Shown: one piece after another, positions 13,701 to 45,527 of the stretch
Layout: every line of letters starts with the position of its first letter
Numbering within the stretch: position 1 is the first letter of the stretch
Source of the DNA: Bugula neritina
Lineage: Eukaryota; Animalia; Bryozoa
DNA: 64,000 nucleotides
Reading direction: 5' to 3'
NCBI GenBank assembly: GCA_964035545.1
Contig: OZ037766.1
Location: 10,034,722 to 10,098,721 of the forward strand
Notes under the pieces: model-generated
Databases searched by the model: none
Seen by the model: only the letters and a program-made list of their open reading frames with translations
Told to the model about the DNA's origin: nothing
Made by a program: the position numbers and the translations under genes

Positions 13701-16700
13701 TTGTAACATGATCAAAACTATAAATTTCAAAAGATTCGGTGTAAGATTGTAATGTTCTTTTTAAAATGATAACTTTTCTAGGCAGCTTTTAGTCATGATG
13801 AATAATCATTTTATATGCATACTATACAAATGGATGCTTCTTTTAACCAGTGTATTGAAATTTTGCTAATGTAGAGAAAAGGAAAAAAGCTATGTTGGAA
13901 GATGACATGGAGATTGTAGCTGGAACTGATATATCCCAAGCCTCTAAAAAAGTGAAACCCATCTCTACAGCCAAATCAATGGATTCTAATGCAGAGCCTA
14001 GTCAAAATACTGATCTTTCCAGATTTGACAGTGACTCGGATAATGATTTCGAGCCTGAGATTAAAAAGAAAACCAAGCAGTTCAGCCCAAAATCTAAAAA
14101 CACAAGACATGCATTTCCTGGCACAGCAGCATTTTCAATTGACAATGCTCTCAATAACGGCTCTGATGTCCCTATGGGCTCACAAAATAAACATGGCTCT
14201 ACTGAGACTAATGCACCTTCTAATTCTACAAACAGTAATGCACCTTCTAATTCTACAAGCAGTAATGCATCTTCTGATTCTACAGACAGTAATGCTTCTT
14301 CCGATTCTACTGACAGTAGTGCATCTTCTGATTCGGAAAATAGTGTAGCTGAGTCCACAGATTTATCTACTAAAAAGAAAACGAAAGATAAAGTCGAAAA
14401 ATGTAGTAAAATAAATAGCCCGGAATCACCTGCGCTGCTACACAAAACATCTGACAGCTCTACTGAGACGGAAAGTGCTAACAATCAATTACCTGAAAAT
14501 TCTGTCAATAATATTGAATCACAACTAGAGAATATTAAACAAAAAATTCCCGAACAGATTCATACTTTGACATCATTTTTAAGTTCAGCTGTACAGTCTG
14601 CTAATTTAGGACCAAATCTAAGCAGTACATTAAAGGAAAAGATGGCAGGCTCAAAGTCGAAATGTGACAGTGGCTCTAACACCTCACCTACACCTGTCTC
14701 CAATGCCAGCTCTGCAGATGCTCTAGTTTTTCTTTTAGAGTCTGCAGTCAGCATCATTAAATCTGCGAAAAAAACTGATTCTGAAGCTTTAAGCAAAAGT
14801 TTAGCTGTGCTTAATTCTGAATCAGATAAACCAGTGCCACAATCTCTCACAGGGAATAGCCGTTTGGCACAACCATCATTCTCATCTGACGAAAATGAAT
14901 CGGAAATGAAGCAACATACACACCGATTGTCCTCAAGCAGTCACACCAGCCAAGATTCTTCTTCAACTGACGATAGTGAATCACGGATTCCTCAATTAAA
15001 GCCAGATGTATGTTCTAGCTCCAACAGAAATAGTAGTTCACTTCAAAATGCTGATGTTTCAAAATCAAAACCATTGATGCTTATTACCAAAGACAAAAAG
15101 CAGACAATGGATACATCAAGTGACTCTTCGGACAGCGAAAATTCAGTCCCAGATGATTTACAACGGAAACCATCATTGATGTCTAAAAAAACTTCAAGTT
15201 GTGAAGATAATTCCTCTGCTAACAAGAATTCAAGCTCGGTGGTTGTTGGTCCAAAGGCTAATGGGAAAGTCAAGAACTTTATCTCAGTTGCAGAAAAGAG
15301 GGAACTAGCTAACCAGAAAAGGTTAGAAGCGTTAGCTAATAAAAGCAAGGAAATGAAAAATCAGAAGCTAGCCATTCAAAAGTCTCTATCTAATCTGGTA
15401 AGTTTATGCAATTATATAATATTGATTCCATGTCCTTTTTGTAGAGAAAACAGATGCTTTATTTTTTTTCTTGGTAGTTGGTCTTTGGCTTGCAGTATGG
15501 TATCAAATATTACATGCATATTATAATTTCAGGATACGAATGCTGCCAATCATAAGAGGATTGTGTTCGATTCAGACTCTGATGGTGAAGTTGGGCAGCC
15601 TGTTGCAAAAACACTTAAAACTGATGATCTGAATTCTTCTAAAAAGAAAAAAGTATATCTTATTTTAACTTTTATGTCTTACTACTGTGAATGCATGTAT
15701 ACAATTTATAGCGAATCAACAGAAATATGGACATAAATTTATAAATATATACAAATATTCTATTGCATTGACAATAATTCTGGTTTTATTGGTAGATACT
15801 TTTTGATGATTCTGATGAGGAGCAAGGAGAAGATTATGAAAAGATGTTTGCTTTAAAGCCCCAATTTGAGGGGAAGAGGGGTGCCGAGGTATAAACTTAT
15901 AGTTATTAAATATAAATTTCTTTACTTCTAAAGCTCCAAAACAAGTGATTATGTTGTTATGCAGTATTTTTCCAAATCCTTTGAATAATTGTTCTATTGA
16001 AACAATGTTTTACTTGTAGCTGTTGAACCTTCAAAAGACGTTTAATGATGATAATAGATTCAAATTAACAGAAAGATTTCTGGAGTCCGATTCTGACAAC
16101 GGAGATGAGGCAGAAAACTATACTACTGCAGGTGATGCCTTTTCTGTTTACTTTGTTCTTAAAATGATATTTACAATGTAGCAATTGAACTACTCTCTCA
16201 AGAGGTTTTACTTATGAATCTATGCAGTGGATTCCCCCACTCAATGTTTTTGAAATGTGAGGTCATTTTCAAGTTCTAAATCAATAAACATTGCTTCCAT
16301 TAAAAATATGCTTTTTCTATCAAAAAAAGCCGAAGCAACAGAAACTGTAACTGATGAAAGGCGACGGAACCTGGAGATACTTCAGTCTGTTGTTGGTAGT
16401 AAAAACATCCGGATAGATCATCCCGGTAGCTCGGTTAGCTCCAAGGCTAAAAAAATAGCTGATACTCCAGCTGCTGTATTCAGGTATTTTTATATCTTTT
16501 ATTTTTTATATTCCTTGTGCCTTTTTTGTTATTACTTGGATTTACTATATATTTCACTATTGTATAGTATTTTGTGGCCTAATAGTTGCTAATGTTACAG
16601 GTAAAATTGTTTTCTTCTGTATTTTTACTTCATCTTTTATTGTCGAAGCTTGCAACTTTTTTTGCTGTATTTTACAGAGATGTATCATCTATTCATTTTG

Positions 16701-19107
16701 ATCCTACCAACAAGGCACAAACTATGCTAGTTACTCCAACTACAGAACCCAAGAAAGCTAAAAAGCCTAAAAAATCGAAGTAAGATCATAACATAAATAT
16801 ATATCTAAAATTCAAATTCTTATTTAACCCATTTTGCTTCTCAATTTGCTCATTTATGATGTGATTCGCAGAAAGCTAGAGGGAGTAGATCCAGTAGTTG
16901 GTAGTGAATTGGCACCGGAAATAGATAGCAGCAGGTTTTTCGAAGTTTCTGCTGACTTGAAGAATAGTGTGACTGGAGTTGGCCAAACGGAAAGTAAAGG
17001 AGTAACTTTTGGTTTTTTGCCGGACGAAACAACTGAAAATACAAGCATGGATTCCCTTGAAATTCAAACTGATGTCGATAAAGATGGTAATCCAACAACA
17101 AGAAATGGTTAGTTGTTTTATTTATATGTGTTTCTTTTTGGTACATGTTTTAGCTAAAATCTGTCATACCTAAACTAAACATCCCCTCCTCCCTCCCCCC
17201 CCTCCCCACACAAAAGTTAGGGTATATGTTTAGCTGTACCATCGAAGCAGAGAAGTAATGAGCTGTATATATTTTTAGAGGTGTCTTTCAATAAGTATAA
17301 AAACCCATTGGATCCTAACAATGGTGCAATGCTATTTGATGACGAAAGTGATGAAAATGATGAAGAAAATCCCAATAAGGAGTCTGGGCCTACCAGGTGA
17401 GTTGCTAGACTTATCTGTTTCAAAGCAAAATTGTCAATGGCGTTCACAGTATGCTGAAAAGTACATCATCAATTTTCTAGAAAAAGTTCGTAAGTAATAG
17501 CAAAACTCGGAAAGAATAACTATGCAATAATACTCCTTAATGCTGAATTTATCTTTTCAATGATGAACTAAAAATGAATAATTGTTAATCTTGAGATTTT
17601 CCAGTTTGTATACGGTTATAAAAGTTGTTTGAGATGCAAATGTTTTGTTTTCAATTTCCACTAGCATAAAAGTTCACGTCATTGCATTAAATTAATTGTT
17701 TGTTGTTGAATATAAATTCATCAATATGACTACCAAGGAGGGCTTAGTAAAATTATTAGCCAATGCAACATTCCAATTAATAAATTATTATTTAAGATAT
17801 CTCTGCCATTGAAGTAAAGAAAACATTTTATCAATGCAACGAATATTCGCAAATATCAATTTTTACAGAACCTTTTTCTGGTAAAATTAAAAAATCAAAC
17901 CTAATTTCCAGCAAACACTAGAAACCAGCCAGCTATCTTGTTAACACACTACCAACATCTGATTATTTTTCAAGTGTTTGTAGTAAATTATTGAGGCTGA
18001 AGTCTTGAACCTAACCTTCTTAATTCTAATTTAAATGAACCATGTTTTATTTTACATAGTCCTCTTCTCCAATTTTACAATTCTCTACTTGATTGTGTTA
18101 ATATTATTATAATACTTTTATTCATATTTTAAAGTTGTACATTTTAGAACTTCCTTTTATTCAACGTTGTCTGGGTTGCACCTAATTCTATGCAATTATA
18201 GTATTTATATTATGATTATAGCAGTTCTAGTGTATCTGAAACAGCAACCAATAAAGACAGCTTGGCCATAAATACCGTTGTTGATTGGTTCTTCTTCACT
18301 CAAGAGGATCCTCGGCTAAAAGATGGAGCTAAACGTTTTTCTAAAACTTTGGGTGAAGAAAAGCTGCGAGAAAAGTGGGAAGTCATTAAACCTAAGTTAA
18401 TAGAGGTTTGTTTAACAAAATCTTTCAGTCATTTCTGAAAGGGGGCCAATTTTAATTATAAATATTTTCTATTGACTATTGCTTTTTATACTACTTGTCC
18501 AAGATTTCTTAGAGAGTTGGAATATAATAAAACATTAGTTTGACATATGTGTGAGATTTTGAGCAGTATTTTTTAAACTTAAATCTGTTTGCATAGGCCA
18601 ATGAAATGCGTTGTATAAAAGTAAACGATAAAATATCTGTGTGAGCATTACAAATTATAACAGAATTCTTTTGAACTCACCATCTCATGAGTTTTTAATT
18701 TCACTTTGGGTTTTCTGTCAGAATGTTTTTGTGGTGTTACAAAGCTTATCTTTTTGTTCAAACCTGACAAGCTATTACTTGCTAGATACACGGACTTCCT
18801 TTGTGAGTCATTGCAATAGGACAGCAAATCATACACAAATTATAAACATTTTTTTGTAGAATCAGTTTGTAAAAGTTTGAATAAGCTATTTTCTATCCAC
18901 AAAGTAACATCAGCTGTTTATGCCGTGCTCACATACAAACCTACTTTATTTGGCTTACCTCATGCTCGTGGTAAATGTGTTTTGTAGAATTACCGTTTGA
19001 AAAGTAAGAGGGCTTTAAAGAAAGCGAAGACTTCTAAAGTATCCATCATCAAGAAGAGATTCACTGATAAGTCTGCAAAGAAGCGTACTTGGCAATTCAA
19101 TTATTAG
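10757..19107 (+). CDS. NOL8: Nucleolar protein 8 (N-terminal RRM, long S/D-rich disordered middle)
   Basis: ATG 10757 gives MELMRMFVGGLPKHIAEEELRTRFTKYG (RRM). Later exons give GAVPGT, WVVTKYQRVVPV..KKVIKYDPSKHCHQIKKL, LFDDSDEE..KPQFEGKRG, DNRFKLTERFLE, FFFTQEDPRL, and a basic tail ending TAG at 19105-19107. Large exon ~13876-15397. Confidence 0.9.
14210..14344 (+). repeat. Coding 27-bp tandem repeat x5 (NAPSNSTNS / NASSDSTDS) inside the large NOL8 exon
   Basis: AATGCACCTTCTAATTCTACAAACAGT and four diverging copies, in frame. Confidence 0.9.
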
Positions 19108-20015
19108 AACTGTATATTATATTCTGAAATGTAATTTTATGCTTGACCTTGCTAAATTGTGTTATTTGTAATTTTACTGTTTTTTTAAACTATCAATGAC
19201 AAATATTTGTAATAAATTGCCATGCTGTATTTTGTTGTACTAATCATTCTAGTCTTCTAGTTTCATATGGACACCTTAAGTATTGTAAATGCTGGAATGG
19301 ATCGCCTAAAATGTTATAAAATATTAGACTTGCTTAATCTATAACTATTTTTGGAGCATTTTATACAGCTGATTTGGAGTCAATAGCTACAAAGGATCTG
19401 CAAATTTCTATCTAGTTGATTGTTATGTTAAAAATGAAGATATATAAATACCTGAATGAGAAGCAAACTGTAAACAATGAAATGTACATGCATGGAGCTT
19501 AAAAAGCTACAATTAGGGAAAACTCAATTTCTTGCATCATAAAAGATTTTTACCTCTATTTTAGAATTTATTTTATTTGTTGAAAAATAAATTTAATTAA
19601 TGTATTGAGCAGATGTGCACCCATGTTCATTTGATAGAGCATAAAACCTAGATGGGCACAAGTAGAAACCCAAGTATCAAGTTTATCCACTCTTGATCAC
19701 AAGTAAAAGCTTCTTGCATTAAATTTCTCCGTGAAATGGTAAAATACTACAGATTTCTGTAAATAAGACTGAATAATTGGGAGTTATCTTTTCATATTTA
19801 GTCCAGCTTATTTTTTCATAACCGTCGTTACATACTTCTTTTCTACAACTACCTGTTCACCAAGTCAATAATTCGCCCACTCTGACTCGCATTCAGTCTC
19901 ACTAAATTGTTTAAAAAAAGTTCAAATTCTGCAATCTAGTCGATGAAGTGATTAATAAAATCACTCTGGATTGTTTAGCGAAATCTTTTCATGATAAGCT
20001 AAATAAGAAAGCGCT

Positions 20016-37660
<17,645 letters not shown>

Positions 37661-40182
37661 ATATAGAGGGTGCTTCTTTCTGTCAAAGTATTGAAACAAA
37701 AACTGTTGTTTTTTAGTTTTTTACATGTTGTAAACAAGGTGTTAGGACTCAGATCAAATATTTTGTTATTCTGTATTTATTTAATTTACTGTTACAACAG
37801 TATACAATGCTATGAATGCAGTGCAAGAATTTAGATTCTACTTTTTGTCTTATGCATATTTAATTTATAACTATCAAAATAATAATTATTATGCAGATAT
37901 TTCAGGCTATTGAGTTTCACAAACATTAATTTTAGGGGACAAGTTGAATTAAAGCACATTGCTATTTGTTGACCCACCCTAATATACCTTTACAGTGTTT
38001 GCATCTTAAAACTGCTTTCTTGCAGCTGTTTAGAGAGTAGAGTTATCCCACTCAGGGCGGCAAAATGTCATGAACAAAAGCACAACATTTAAAAACTTTG
38101 ACTGGCTACTTCATGAAACTGTAAAATAGCTAGGTATTGTTAACTTGTATTTCTGTAAAATATTGCTAGTATTTCAATGTAAAGTTATATATCCATCATA
38201 TTGACCAGGCTTCAAATACCATATCATGCCAAATATATCAATGCTACATTTCTAATTGATCATCGGCCTGAAGTTCAGCCGAAATCGGATTTCCAGAAAA
38301 CTATGCAAAGAGTTTAGGAACACAAATAAAAATAGCTAATGCATTATAGCACTTTCCAGAATATAACTGGATGACTCCCAACATCTACTACACTAGCATA
38401 CAAGTAAAAATCATCTAATGTGAATTTATATCCTTGTGGATTACTTACTAGGTAGTCCACACTGTTATCTAGTGAAGCAGCTATGCATTTTATCTTCACG
38501 GCAACCTTTTTAAAATATTTCATCTCGAGAAACAGAGATAAGAGACCAGTGATGGGATGCTTTAATGCCCAACTGTTCCAATTAACACCCCTACAGTCCC
38601 TCACCTCTTGTTCTCTAGTGTAGTACACATAGGAGATGGTATAGCTGCAAAAATGTGTCAGCTAGCCTACAGATAGAATGTAGTCCCAAACGCTAACCAA
38701 AAAATAGTAGCCTGTTTTTGTTGCACAAGATTGGTACAGAGGTACACCCTATGGTGCATGTTGAGTCAACACCAAGCTTGGTAATGGTAATTTGTTTACA
38801 GTTGGAATTCTATCAGATTCTTCATTCTCCTGAAGTAAAAATGATAACTACTTTCTTATTTTGTTTGTGTGGATATACATTGTTGGTAATTATATGTTAG
38901 ACTTCAACATTATGTTCTCTTTTAATTACATATCTTGGTAAAAGTCAAATATTGTTACTTGCATACCTGGTAGTTTCCTGTACCTCTGGTCATGTGTAAA
39001 ACTGATTTCGTTTGTTTTCTTTAAATAATATTTTATAGTAAATTGCATTGCACAGGCGCAGCAAAAGCCTTCTCACTCGTTAGCAAATGTTCTCTCTAGT
39101 TTCCTGGGCCTCACTTGTGAGTCTAAAATCATGTTTGTGAAAGAAGTAATGCTTTTTGCTGTGTCATCATTGAATAACGATGCCACATCGCCTAGATCTT
39201 TAAAATGGATGACAACAAAAAATGCCTTGCTCTAAGTTTTCAATTTAGTTTGTAAGGGCACTAAATTGTTATTTATTAGATAACTAATTAGTCAATCAAA
39301 TATTGTTGGTATCACTAAGCAATCCAGTTTTGGTAAAACTATTAGACTTCCCCAGATTTTGAATTTATAAATATACAACTGCGTGCTGTATTTTTATGTA
39401 ATGCTATGCCATTGTATCATTATTGTTATTTTAACACTGTTTTGAAGCAATTACTATATCTACATTTTGAGTATGTTGCTTTTTTAAATTATTTGCTGCA
39501 CTGAATTTGTATGGAGTCTCTCTCTGTTTACTGTATCACCTTGAGAAAGAGAGGTTCTGTATTGTATGCTTGTATTAGATATTGTAATTTTTAGATGGAG
39601 CTCAATAAAGTTACCCAACATATCAACGTGTTTGTGTGTACAATAAATAGTTATCCCCTCCTGCAGTTGTAACATTACAGGTTAGGTGGGCACTTACCAT
39701 AATATGTCACAGATAAGATGGCTTATCACAGTTAATTTGAACTGTGCAACGAAACTAAATCACTGTTTTGCTTGTAAAATTTCTGTATTCATGGGTTTGG
39801 CCAGTTTTAGATGCTTAATATCTATTTGGTATTTGTGGGTTTCAGAAATATCGTATTCAGCTGACAGTCCAAATCAATGTGAGAAATGATGCCATTGTCA
39901 TAATTGCTCAGAATATAAATATAATATGGGAGGAGAGGGGCCCTTTCTTGTTTTATATTATGTAATGACTTATAATAGCATGCTAATTATGTGTTTTACT
40001 TGAAGAAGGAATGCTTTTGTTAAAAGCCAGTTAGCTGTTCCCAACGTATTTTGTAGAGCTGTAAATCGAAAGATGGCGTTCAATGAAGTGCAATGTTGTT
40101 ACAATATAACCAGTCCACTTGGCTGTAGTCAAGCTGGTACGCTATTGTTAGCATAAAGTATCGTGAAATATATTATAATTAA

Positions 40183-43100
40183 ACATCGTAGGCTTCCAGG
40201 TTATTTTGATAAAATCAATTACTGTTAATTAAGAGATCATACTTTTTTAGTTGCATTCACAAAATAAATACAAAAAATCTCAACTCAATATACCAGAAAA
40301 AATGAATTAAAATATATGTGTTAATAGCACTGATATTGACGTGACCGTGGCACATGAAAAATCTGAAAAAAGAGTTGTCTTCTACTTTTCTATATTAATA
40401 TATAGAGCTTGTCGTGAAAATAAAGATTTTTTAAAAAAAATATTGTGACCCTCTGGTAACTTCCTGAATTTAGAAAATTAGCTCATATATTTCTTTTCAT
40501 GTGGACAACAGCTCACTTTTTTTTAAATTTATTTTGAAGCTCTTTTCGTAAAAAATAATCAAAAGTAAAAAATCCAAAATTTTTACAAATTGGTTCGGGG
40601 CTTGACGTGAAAGGCATTTGGACGAAGATGTCAAGGTCACCATTAATAAATTTATTTTATCACAATTCACAATACTGCACGGAAAGTTAATGAAGTGAGC
40701 TGAAAATTAGGTTGCTAGCATATTGATATACATTATATTGATTGCTGCAGTATTATTTTTTAAATTTGTTTTGTTATCAGTTATGTTTAACTTTTTCATA
40801 GAGCTGCTGTTCGACTCAGAGTAAGACATAATATTAGCAACAATGATAATATTAAATTAAAATTATTATTAAATTCACGGTGAAGTATCACTATCACTAT
40901 GACTATGAGTATGAGTATCGTATAAATTAATTATGAGTATGAGTATCACTATGACATTAACTCAATCAGTGATTGATTATTACTATGAATATGACTATGC
41001 ATAACTCAATGAGAATATCAATATGAATATGGCTTCTAATTTTTGTAACTTTTGACTATGACGATGCTGATACTGATAGTGATAATCACTGCCAGCCCAA
41101 GTCTCATACTCATAGTGATACTATTACTAATAATAATTAGTATTACTATTAGTACAACTACTAGTATTACTCCTAGTTCTGATAATGATGCAGATGATAG
41201 TTTTAAAAGTTCTACTTCTACTTTTATAGTAAGCTAGATTGTATATTATAATTATGTTGAACTCGACTCATTTTTTACTACTAATGCTAATATTAATAGT
41301 AATAGTAATACTAATAATAATTATAGTTGTTATAATGATAGTAATACTAATAGTAATAATAACTATTTCAATTTGATAATTTATGTTATATAACAGCATT
41401 ATCGCTTATCAATTACATTGGTTCATAATATGCTTATTTTAATTTTGCTTTGTGTGTTTTGTCATGTTGTAAATATAAGTTCGTATGGTTATTTAATGAA
41501 CTAGAGAACTAGCCAAATGTTATGTAACGGTTGCAGTAATTTACTATAAACTCAGTGAAATTTAAAACCTAATTGATATTACTATGACATTGATTGTACA
41601 GAGGTAGCTAAAATATACATTAAATTACCAATAATTTTAACTCGCCAATACACTATGAGTAGAGCAATCAAATGCAATGATAGAAAATTAATTAGTCATA
41701 GCAGCCCAGGTCAGGTCTAAAATGATGTAGTTTTGTGATCCCTTATATAACAAAATAATTTTTTTAAACTAGTTTAATACTTTTATTATAAACACGCTTA
41801 TCAAAGTAACATGTTTTTGATGTATATTCTATTAAAAAAGCAATCACATCAGGTTTTCAATTTGTATGTTGTACAAAGTTCATTATGGTGACAAGTTACT
41901 AAATTATATGGTTCAGCTTTGTAAAGTAAAGCTGATAAAATAAAAACAATTATGTGATTGTTTTACTGCTATATATTAAATTTAAATGAGTTGAATAATA
42001 TCCTAGTGTAGTGAATTAGATATTTTTTTAGCTTTGGTACACCTGTTTGTTATAGGCTAACATTCCACCAATAGAAGAATGGTGCAAGTAGAAGAAATTT
42101 CAGGCGCAGAAAGCTAAGGAGCAGTCAGAATGCTGCCAGAGTTGTGAAGAGGCACTTGAAAAAGCTGAATTTCAATAATGACATGAAATTCGTAACAGAT
42201 CACCCTGGTGTATTTGAACTGACATGGCCAGCAGAGTTCTCGAAGTCACATACAACAGCTATTTACATCATCATGGTTAGCTTAAATTTAATTCCTATAT
42301 CAGTCTCTAATATATAGTTTGATATCTGCTGTAAATTCGCTTAAGGAGCATACACATGACCAAAACTGAGTTACACTATAGTATTTGTTCTTGAATATAT
42401 TTACCAAGATAAGTAGATTTGCTAATTCATTAACAGTAAAATTATAATGATACAACAATTTTTTTTTAGATGATTCAATCAATAACACAAGACACTACAA
42501 CATGGTTTTGCAGTTATAGAGTATTAATTTTCTGGCTCTTTCCAAATCTTCATAGAAGGCAAAGAAAACCACTGTCAGCTTGCCTTTATAACTGAGTGCA
42601 CACGTCTTCCACCTACAGATGATGATAAACAATTTGCTGGTGTGGAACTTTTTAATTTTGTTTACAATGAAGATAGATTATAGGACATTATTCTTTATGT
42701 ACAGATTGTCAAGTTTTGTTATAATTAAGAACAGTTTTAGTTTCAATAAATCAGTTCAACATTATGGACATCATTGCACAAGCATTTTAATCTTTACTAT
42801 CTACAAAGGTATCTGATGGACTACTTGAAAATACAAAACTATGCTCCAGATACACAATGAACTGACCAGCAAAGTTAAAATGAGTTGGAGATGTAGAACA
42901 TAATATCTTGTTCAAGGCTTTTCCCTGCTGTTGGAACCTTCTACTTCAGAACACTGAATTGAACAAACATATGTAGATATATGAAACTTTGCAAACAATA
43001 ATAATGTGAAATTACTTGCTAAGTATTACATTGCTAATAAATACAGCATTGAGTAATGTTTTATTTAATTTTTTGAGCCATTTGATCTATAGGCCCGCAT

Positions 43101-45474
43101 AGTATTTATACTATATTATAACTAATAAATTGCAGACACATTATGTCAGACCAGTTTCCATTTAAATAGAATCGTGTAGGCTATCAAATTTGTAGAAGTA
43201 AAAAACCGCATTCTTATTGAGTAAAATACTTGCCTTTTTGTTCATGATGCCTCCACTGCTACAAGAGAAGTTTTTATCAATACAGCTCCATCAATCTGTA
43301 TCCTGATGAAGCTAGTAGTTTAGGAACATTTGTGGCGGGGAGTGTAGGCTGAGCTGCAGTATAGGAAGAACCCCAACATATCATGTAATCTATTCAGCAC
43401 ATTATATGTATATTTATTCAAAAAAGAATTTAGAAAATGCTTTATGAAGCATGAACAAAGTAAAAATTAATGCTGGTGAAAGTAATATTATTACACCCAT
43501 TAGAATTACTAGCAGCTATAGCATTAAAATTATGTATTTTCATAAAAATGTGTCTAATTTATGCTACAAAGTTATTACTGCCAAAGGTTACAAAATTCAC
43601 CAGTCACATTCATGCAGCTGGCGGAGAATAACTAACTTTCACATGCAATAAATACAATTAGTAGCTCAATCTAATACTAATGCGCTATTAAATGTTAGGA
43701 GTATAAGTTATAGTTATTCTAAGGAATAATTGCAAAAAAAGTTACTTAGAGGAATTTAACTCTTATTATAATGTAATTATCTTCCAAGATAAATTACAAC
43801 ATCACTACTTGGATGCATACAATGTCATATTTATATTGGCAACAACATAATTTTCAATAATTTCCAATCTATTAACTTGAGCATTATGATGGTGATTATT
43901 TTATAAATAAGGCGATGATTAGGCACTGTTGGTATTTTGGTTCAATTTATTAATAGCTGTAACAGGCAGAGTTGTAAATATAATGGATATATCAAAATTC
44001 CAATGGGTATAGTACTCTAACACAACATTGATACTAATAATTGTAGCCACTTACTCTTAGAGTTAGTGAATAATGATACAGTCATAACAATCTGAATATC
44101 AATCAGCATTAGAGATAGGCTGACTGCTTTAATAATATTATAGTTATTATGTCAAATTGAATTTATTCACTATAACTATAAAAATTGTTATTATAATTAT
44201 AAATTAAAATAATTTAAATATTATATAATATATTGATAATTATTGGAATCATAATTATATTTATTGTTATGATCATTATGATTATAATTATTTAATATTA
44301 TCTTTGTTTGTATTTAAAGTTGTTCCTTAAATTTAAAGTTGTTTAAGTTTTATAAATTTATTCTAATTGTATTACTGTATAAGTATTGCTATTAGTATTA
44401 GTATAATTAAATTATTATAATTTATATTTTATTATTTATATTATTATTTATTTTACTTTTTATTTTAAGACCAGCAGTTCAAATTAATACTTGTGTCGTT
44501 TGCTTTATATTATAACTTACAAGTATAACGATTAACACAATAATATTACATTTGTTATTAGTATTACTATGAATATAAATATTTATATTAATATAAATAT
44601 AGCTATCGGTATAACTTATATTTATAGTTATAACTAATACTAATACTAATACTAATAGTAATATTTATATTATAAGTATTACTTTCGAAACTGATCCTGC
44701 TCCGTAACATTATGTCATATGATTATCATTATGACTAATAATAGTATTAATAAATATAACCATTGAATATGATTAATAATAGTTCACCAATAGGCGATAG
44801 TCATAGACTTAGAGTTAGAGTGAGAGTCATAGACATAGACTAGTGATACTCATACTGATACTCATACTCATACTGTGATTCAGTTTCACTGATTCAGTTA
44901 CAAATTTTAAAACTTGGTTTTACGTAGACAACTACTAACCTATAATTCATCACAAAACGGTTGAAAATCATCATTTACTGCATATTTAAGAGTAATTTTC
45001 TGGTAGTGTGGTCGACATGATAATTGAAATTAAAATAGGGAAAATTATTATTTTGTGATTTACAGCAAGTTACAAACTAGCGAAATGGAATAGTCCATTT
45101 GAAAACAGTCAAATTAGTTACCTTTCTTGATGTTGCGTAGCTAACGGTAGTTATTAGTAGCCGCCCGAAGAGTAACATTCATGTGATTTGAACTACGAAT
45201 AACGAGAATCTGTGACAAACCCGCTTCTTAATAACTTTACGCGATATAAACTCACGCTACAATAGGGCTATTTTGCCATCCCCACGTCAGAATAGGACAC
45301 GGAGGGCACGCTCGCGGGCAAGTCTGGGCAAGTCCAAGACACCTAATATGACCACTTTTACTTACATTTTTGTAGTGTTTTCGTATAAGAAATTGGATAA
45401 AATGCTGATAAAACAGTTGAAAAGCATGCAAACTTTTGCTCAAATGTAATAAATAACCTGGAAGCTTACCGCCT
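40183..45474 (+). mobile_element. Non-autonomous Kolobok-like DNA transposon, copy 1 (5292 bp)
   Basis: TTAA at 40179-40182 and 45475-45478. Imperfect TIRs ACATCGTAGGCTTCCAGGTTATTT vs reverse complement AGGCGGTAAGCTTCCAGGTTATTT (19/24). Near-identical second copy at 50876-55659; homology starts at the left TTAA and ends 3 nt past the right TTAA. Contains a KolX-like exon. Confidence 0.85.
42056..42275 (+). pseudogene. Decayed KolX-like (P2X7 ballast/Nanor-type Cys-rich) exon in transposon copy 1
   Basis: AG/GT-bounded 220-bp exon. Across one stop and two frameshifts it reads EEWCK*KKFQAQKAKEQSECCQSC..MKFVTDHPG..RVLEVTYNSYLHHH, resembling the WCxCxxC..ExxCC..CITxHPGF..VLxxAY pattern as I recall it. 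Confidence 0.6.
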
Positions 45475-45515
45475 TTAATGGCAAGTGGCAACCTACTCAA
45501 ATTATGGAAATATGT

Positions 45516-45527
45516 GGGGAAGTCCCC
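45516..45527 (-). promoter_or_regulatory. Candidate NF-kB (kappaB) site upstream of the cGLR gene
   Basis: GGGGAAGTCCCC; the minus strand contains GGGACTTCCC, a full match to GGGRNWYYCC, ~190 bp before the proposed ATG in very AT-rich DNA. Confidence 0.55.

Noticed and set aside
13030-13810. Intronic C/D snoRNAs in NOL8 (RTGATGA boxes)
   Set aside because: No matching D box with a terminal stem or recognisable rRNA guide was found.
13989-15348. Overlapping and antisense ORFs within the large NOL8 exon
   Set aside because: Shadows of a Ser-rich repetitive coding exon; no independent motifs.
43300-43335. Hammerhead ribozyme core (CTGATGA) in the transposon
   Set aside because: No GAAA after stem II and no convincing stems I or III.
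43451-43651. Duplicated short ORF (also 54213-54428) as a cargo gene
   Set aside because: Conserved only because the DNA is duplicated; no recognisable domain.
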